From: a virus
Lineage: Duplodnaviria; Caudoviricetes
DNA: 64,000 nucleotides
Reading direction: 5' to 3' (one strand)
IMG/VR virus record: IMGVR_UViG_3300031555_004454
Coordinates: 3,916-67,915 of that record
In this document: in pieces, positions 59,841-64,000 of the stretch
Numbering within the stretch: the first letter of the stretch is position 1
How the letters are laid out: the number at the start of each line of letters is the position of its first letter
The notes under the pieces: model-generated
The model's database searches: none
Seen by the model: only the letters and a program-made list of their open reading frames with translations
What the model was told of the DNA's origin: nothing
Program-made: the position numbers and the translations under genes

Positions 59841-60170
59841 TTATATCTCTTGAGGGTGAACTCTTCGCACTTTGATTAATTTATCTGCAACTGCTTCAAG
59901 CTTTATTATATCAAGATGTTCTTTGACAAGATGTGTGTTACCTATACTTTCATATTCAGATAGAATAATAAATTTTGCCAGATCGTTATTATTGAAAACA
60001 ACATTAGGTATATCTGTAATCATCTCGATATAACTAAAAATGTCTGACTCAATGCCTTTTGCTTCCCAATAATAACAGTCAGTCCATTTTGTTCCTGTCT
60101 CGTTATCAGTGTCACTTCCGTAAAGAGCTGCGAATATTTCATCGAGGTATCCGCTTAACATCAGTATCAC
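59841..60170 (-). CDS. Hypothetical protein
   Basis: ORF in accessory gene run. Confidence 0.5.
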   Translation of the reverse strand: MILMLSGYLDEIFAALYGSDTDNETGTKWTDCYYWEAKGIESDIFSYIEMITDIPNVVFNNNDLAKFIILSEYESIGNTHLVKEHLDIIKLEAVADKLIKVRRVHPQEI

Positions 60171-60637
60171 TCTCCGTTCCTGCTTTTTCCTTCAATGATC
60201 CAGTCGGTGCATTGCGTTCCGCTTTTGTGGCGATTGGTTACTAAAATGTCAACTGCACCATTTTTTTCACAAATGTAGAATACAGGAAACCTCCTGCTAT
60301 CTTTGCGTATGGATTTCAGGACATCAGCTATAATAATCGCCACGTCGTTATTAGTGTAATCCCAAGCCCCCTCATAGAAGTAGTCCTCCCAACAGCTTCT
60401 TTCCCACCCGTAGCAACAATGGGATATTTCTACAGCTTCCCATTCGCCGTATTCTTTTATAAGGCGGTTTATCAGCTTCTGACTGCAAACGGAAGAGACG
60501 GTGTGCTTCAGATAACTCTTGTCTTGTAATCTGTTTGCTGTCAACCACTGTTCTTTTGCCACCAGTAATCTATGAATTTTCTCTTTTATCTTCATATTAA
60601 AGCTCCTTATGTGTGATATATTCTCGGATTGAATCAA
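60167..60637 (-). CDS. Hypothetical protein
   Basis: ORF; true start probably MKIKEK near 60598. Confidence 0.5.
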   Translation of the reverse strand: MIQSENISHIRSFNMKIKEKIHRLLVAKEQWLTANRLQDKSYLKHTVSSVCSQKLINRLIKEYGEWEAVEISHCCYGWERSCWEDYFYEGAWDYTNNDVAIIIADVLKSIRKDSRRFPVFYICEKNGAVDILVTNRHKSGTQCTDWIIEGKSRNGE

Positions 60638-60839
60638 TGGTGGAAATTTGCGCTGCCAACTTAGCTTTTATGCTATCTAAGAGAGGAATACAGCCTCCGT
60701 TCGACTGACTTTTATTGCACTCATTTGAAGCAGATGGGCAGATTCCTTTATAGATACAAGGTTTTGCAGGCTTCTTAACTGCTGGCATAGGTACGAATTT
60801 TACCATAGAAGGTGGATATTTAATAGCCATATTCAACAC
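60597..60839 (-). CDS. Hypothetical protein, Cys-containing
   Basis: ORF overlapping neighbours. Confidence 0.45.
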   Translation of the reverse strand: MLNMAIKYPPSMVKFVPMPAVKKPAKPCIYKGICPSASNECNKSQSNGGCIPLLDSIKAKLAAQISTIDSIREYITHKEL

Positions 60840-61264
60840 CAGCTTCTATGTACTTCTTCTATAGTTTCCATTCCGTCGTAATCGTCGATTTCCCAATCTA
60901 CGTCATCAGGAATTTCTACTATGCGAATATTTCCGAAAGAACCATTTACATCTGCACCGAGTTCTTCGATGACCGCAATTAAATCTTCGTCGGTTCTTTC
61001 AAGTTTGGAATCATAATACCAGTAATATTTTTTGGGAAGTTTATCAATGGTTTTGCCTAAATCTTTTGTAAGATAATAAATATGCGTCGAATCGCACTTA
61101 CTGTTATCTGGTATGACTTTAATATATTCATTCACACCATCTCTGGAATAATATTTGGTGCATATATATCTATGACACTCAAGACCCTTCCTTTTCATTA
61201 TCATTTCAATCGCCTTATCTGAAAGACTGAAACCGCCGTAACATCTGTTAATTGCTATTTTCAT
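60833..61264 (-). CDS. Conserved phage hypothetical protein
   Basis: KIAINRCYGGFSLS...RTDEDLIAVIEELG...IVEIPDDVDWEIDDYDG.E pattern common in phage genomes. Confidence 0.7.
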   Translation of the reverse strand: MKIAINRCYGGFSLSDKAIEMIMKRKGLECHRYICTKYYSRDGVNEYIKVIPDNSKCDSTHIYYLTKDLGKTIDKLPKKYYWYYDSKLERTDEDLIAVIEELGADVNGSFGNIRIVEIPDDVDWEIDDYDGMETIEEVHRSWC

Positions 61265-61403
61265 ATCATCTCTCCTTTGAAATTAGTTTTTTATATGTTG
61301 CCAACCTAATTTAAATTCCATAGGTCTTCCCATATATTTATTTCCCCTTATTGCTTATTTGTATTATTCTTATGCCCGATATGAAGATCGGAAATATAAT
61401 ATT

Positions 61404-62117
61404 TTATTCAGTCACCTCCACCGGAAACGGCATTACATCGGTATATAACATCGAATATTTGCCATTATCCCAGTCGTCGTGAAAATGTCCGAAGTACCAG
61501 TGCTTGAAACTCAGACGGTCTGCGATTTTTTGCAGCCATACTTCCATCGAGCTGTCAACTGTACTCTGGTCAATACTATGTAAAAATAAATGTGTAGGGC
61601 GTGTATTATAAGGACAAGTATGAGACAGCACATAGTCGATGTTCCAATCATACGCAGATATTCCTGCTTCAATTTCAAGTTTTTCGCCGTCAGGAATCTG
61701 CTCCGACTCAAACCATTTGAGCCCATTCTGCAGCCGATACCACTTATCCACCGAATATGCCCCACCCAATACGAGACATTTATTGCTCCCGACATTATAT
61801 ACCTGTCCATCTACCGCAAAGTAGATATTCGGATATTCAGGCTCCATGAATGCTTTACCGCCCCAAAATTCCGACTCCATATACGTTCTGATGTTGACAG
61901 GTCGCTCCTCATGATTGCCGTGAACACAGAACAGTGTTATGGGCAGTCTTAACAAAACATCTTTCTTGGCTCGGTCTCTCTCGTCAAGAAAATAATTCAG
62001 TCCAACATCACCCAGCACAATCAGCACGTCATCCTTTGTTGTGTTGTTTTTGTTGCAGAGACTGATAACACGGTCAAGACTGCCATGCATATCGCCCGTT
62101 ATATAGACATTTCCCAA
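61404..62117 (-). CDS. Calcineurin-like metallophosphoesterase
   Basis: TGDMHG, LGDVG, HGNHE, SHTCP, GHFH motifs. Confidence 0.88.
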   Translation of the reverse strand: MGNVYITGDMHGSLDRVISLCNKNNTTKDDVLIVLGDVGLNYFLDERDRAKKDVLLRLPITLFCVHGNHEERPVNIRTYMESEFWGGKAFMEPEYPNIYFAVDGQVYNVGSNKCLVLGGAYSVDKWYRLQNGLKWFESEQIPDGEKLEIEAGISAYDWNIDYVLSHTCPYNTRPTHLFLHSIDQSTVDSSMEVWLQKIADRLSFKHWYFGHFHDDWDNGKYSMLYTDVMPFPVEVTE

Positions 62118-62119
62118 TA

Positions 62120-62311
62120 CTATATCTCCTTTCTTTGCTTGAGTTGCGAAACAGATAAATCAATTGCCAAAGCATCTTCAAGTCTCCGTATCATATCCGC
62201 ATAAGGCTTTGCTTCCTCGTTGTTAATGCAGTAACTGCTTATAGCCGCCATACAACCATAAATCAAAGTCTCAATCTCGTCCTTGTTAAACGTAACCTGA
62301 ATTTTATCCAT
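62120..62311 (-). CDS. Small hypothetical protein
   Basis: AGGAG RBS, 63 aa. Confidence 0.5.
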   Translation of the reverse strand: MDKIQVTFNKDEIETLIYGCMAAISSYCINNEEAKPYADMIRRLEDALAIDLSVSQLKQRKEI

Positions 62312-62349
62312 AATAGTTCTCCTTTATATATAGTTATAGTATTCTGCCC

Positions 62350-63156
62350 TTATTCTTTATCAAGGTCTAACGCCGCCAGCAACGCATCGAGCTTCTGCTC
62401 AATATTACTTGATTTTGGCATAGACTCTTTTGCCGACCCGTCAAGCACTGCCCCCATATCTTTATACATAGACTCAAGATTTTCCCTTGTATGTCCTGAA
62501 TAATGGAGTGTAGTAAGCATACTGTCGTGGTTAAGCATTTCCTGAAGCGATGCCATAACGTGCGGGTCGTCACAGTGCTGCTTAATAATCCAGTATGCAA
62601 AGGTTTTGCGGAGCGTTCTTACTGTGAAATTAAATTCGAGCCCCAGTGCTTTTTTAGCCGTCACAAGTAAACGATACATACTATCTGGTTTAAGTGGCTT
62701 GTTTTCAGCGGGTGACACTCTAAACAGATAATCATTTTCCGATGCAGAGGGCAAGGAATTAAGGTACTCCGATATTGCCTTCTGAGCTTCATCGTTTAGT
62801 ATGGGGTGATTCATCTTATTTGTTTTAGACTCATAAGATGCGATTTCGTTCACTACAAACCCATTGCTATCAACAACGTCTCTAACCTGAAGTCTCAGAA
62901 GATCTTTACCTCTGAGCCCGGTGCTGATACCAAGCACAAACAGCAGATAGTTCCTGAGAGAGCGGTCGTGGAAATAATTCTTGATAGTCTGAATATCGTC
63001 AAGGCTTCTAATGGGATCTCCTGCCGTTGCTTTACGCTTTCCTTGAGATGTAAAGTTGGACGGGGGAGGAGTGTAGCGGCGGTGAACTTCAACGACTTTG
63101 GTGTAGTTGCTAATCGGATTTGCAAACGCAGCGTTATTAATTTTATACATAATCAT
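62350..63156 (-). CDS. Tyrosine recombinase (catalytic domain only)
   Basis: ISTGLRGKDLL, ESKT, RTLRKTFAY, LNHDS...TLHYSG; start reassigned to ATG 63156. Confidence 0.85.
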   Translation of the reverse strand: MIMYKINNAAFANPISNYTKVVEVHRRYTPPPSNFTSQGKRKATAGDPIRSLDDIQTIKNYFHDRSLRNYLLFVLGISTGLRGKDLLRLQVRDVVDSNGFVVNEIASYESKTNKMNHPILNDEAQKAISEYLNSLPSASENDYLFRVSPAENKPLKPDSMYRLLVTAKKALGLEFNFTVRTLRKTFAYWIIKQHCDDPHVMASLQEMLNHDSMLTTLHYSGHTRENLESMYKDMGAVLDGSAKESMPKSSNIEQKLDALLAALDLDKE

Positions 63157-64000
63157 CGTCCTTTCTATGGGCTTCACTGTATTTAGTATAACATAATTCG
63201 GGCGAAATGTCAAGGACTTGCGACAATAAATTTCTAAAAAGTCACAGCAAGGAACATTTGTGCAAAAGTAACAAAATTGCTGATTTTACTGTTTTTCTTG
63301 CACATTTAACAATATAATTGCTGGATATTTGGCAAAAAGATACAAAAATGGAGCAAAACCAATGTTTTTACCGTCAGAGTCTTACATTGATATGTGAACA
63401 AAATAGTCGGACAGAATTGAACTCCTCAGGTTTTGGATTCAGAATCGGAAGTGGGGAGTAAGCCGACGATTTTAAGCGTCGTTTTGAAGTGGGTGGTGAG
63501 TAAAAAGGTACTACTACAATGAAGCGGTTTTTGCCTGCAATTTTTTGTAAACCGTACCCCTTTCTGACTTCCCGAAAAAGTCAGAAAGCCCGATTTTACG
63601 GTACTTTGAGGGCTGAAACGAGGGGTATTGACGGTTTACAAATTAAGTGCTATAGTGTAATCACAGTCAAGGGAATGACCCCACAACAAAAAGCCCTTGC
63701 TACTGTAGCGAATCTTGAAAATTGAATATAGACGGTTTCGGGCGGTTTTATTACTGCCGATAAAAGACCGATAAAACCTTGTACAAGTAAGGTGAAATAA
63801 ATGTCCCTCTAACCAATGAGGGAAAACAAAAGCCGACTTGTAGGGTACATAAAGGGTCAAAATGTGATTCCGTTTGCACGGGTAAATTATACCTTAATAG
63901 CCGTGCAAAATTATCAAGGTCAGCAAATACCATTACTACAGCATAAAAATTCCCCCATCGTGTTACCAGCACGACAGGGAGACCCTTGCAGAGAGGGGGT

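Larger units (their letters stand above)
1..64000 (-). mobile_element. Large SPbeta-like temperate phage/prophage segment (late transcription, packaging, head, tail and lysis modules)
   Basis: Collinear minus-strand terminase-portal-protease-capsid-tail-tape measure-lysis genes plus YonO-like RNAP, HU, tyrosine recombinase; no host housekeeping genes or clear att site in the window. Confidence 0.93.

Noticed and set aside
63519-63972. Three short ORFs at the window end
   Set aside because: Overlapping, no RBS or protein-like motifs; treated as non-coding
1-64000. CRISPR array, IS element, inteins in TerL or RNA polymerase
   Set aside because: No regularly spaced repeats, no transposase, and both proteins are of ordinary length without intein end motifs

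Overview
The whole window reads as a contiguous piece of one large temperate phage/prophage of a Firmicute (SPbeta-like gene set; host and family are inferred from gene content, not from a search). Almost everything is on the minus strand. In transcription order (right to left): a tyrosine recombinase, small accessory genes (including a PARG-type macrodomain), a YonO-like single-subunit RNA polymerase, ClpP-like and phosphoesterase genes, two HU genes, an atypical tRNA-Met(CAU), an HNH nuclease, terminase, portal, head and tail genes, PhoH, an HPr-like gene, a very large tape-measure gene, baseplate/fibre genes and a lysis cassette. The main result is that the two big tape-measure ORFs (25486..32172 and 13965..19373) appear to be one gene of about 4,225 codons split by three group I introns. 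Introns 1 (290 nt) and 2 (410 nt) are small and ORF-less. Intron 3 has its catalytic core at about 23.9-24.2 kb, but the partners of its P9.0 and P9.2 helices and its terminal G lie at 19353-19365. That makes it a ~4.8 kb intron whose P9.2 loop holds a ~4.4 kb cassette of six genes (HEPN RNase-like, HExxH peptidase-like, DUF2513 and others) with their own antisense sigmaA-type promoter. All RNA structures were paired by eye; splicing and protein-family calls need computational or experimental confirmation.
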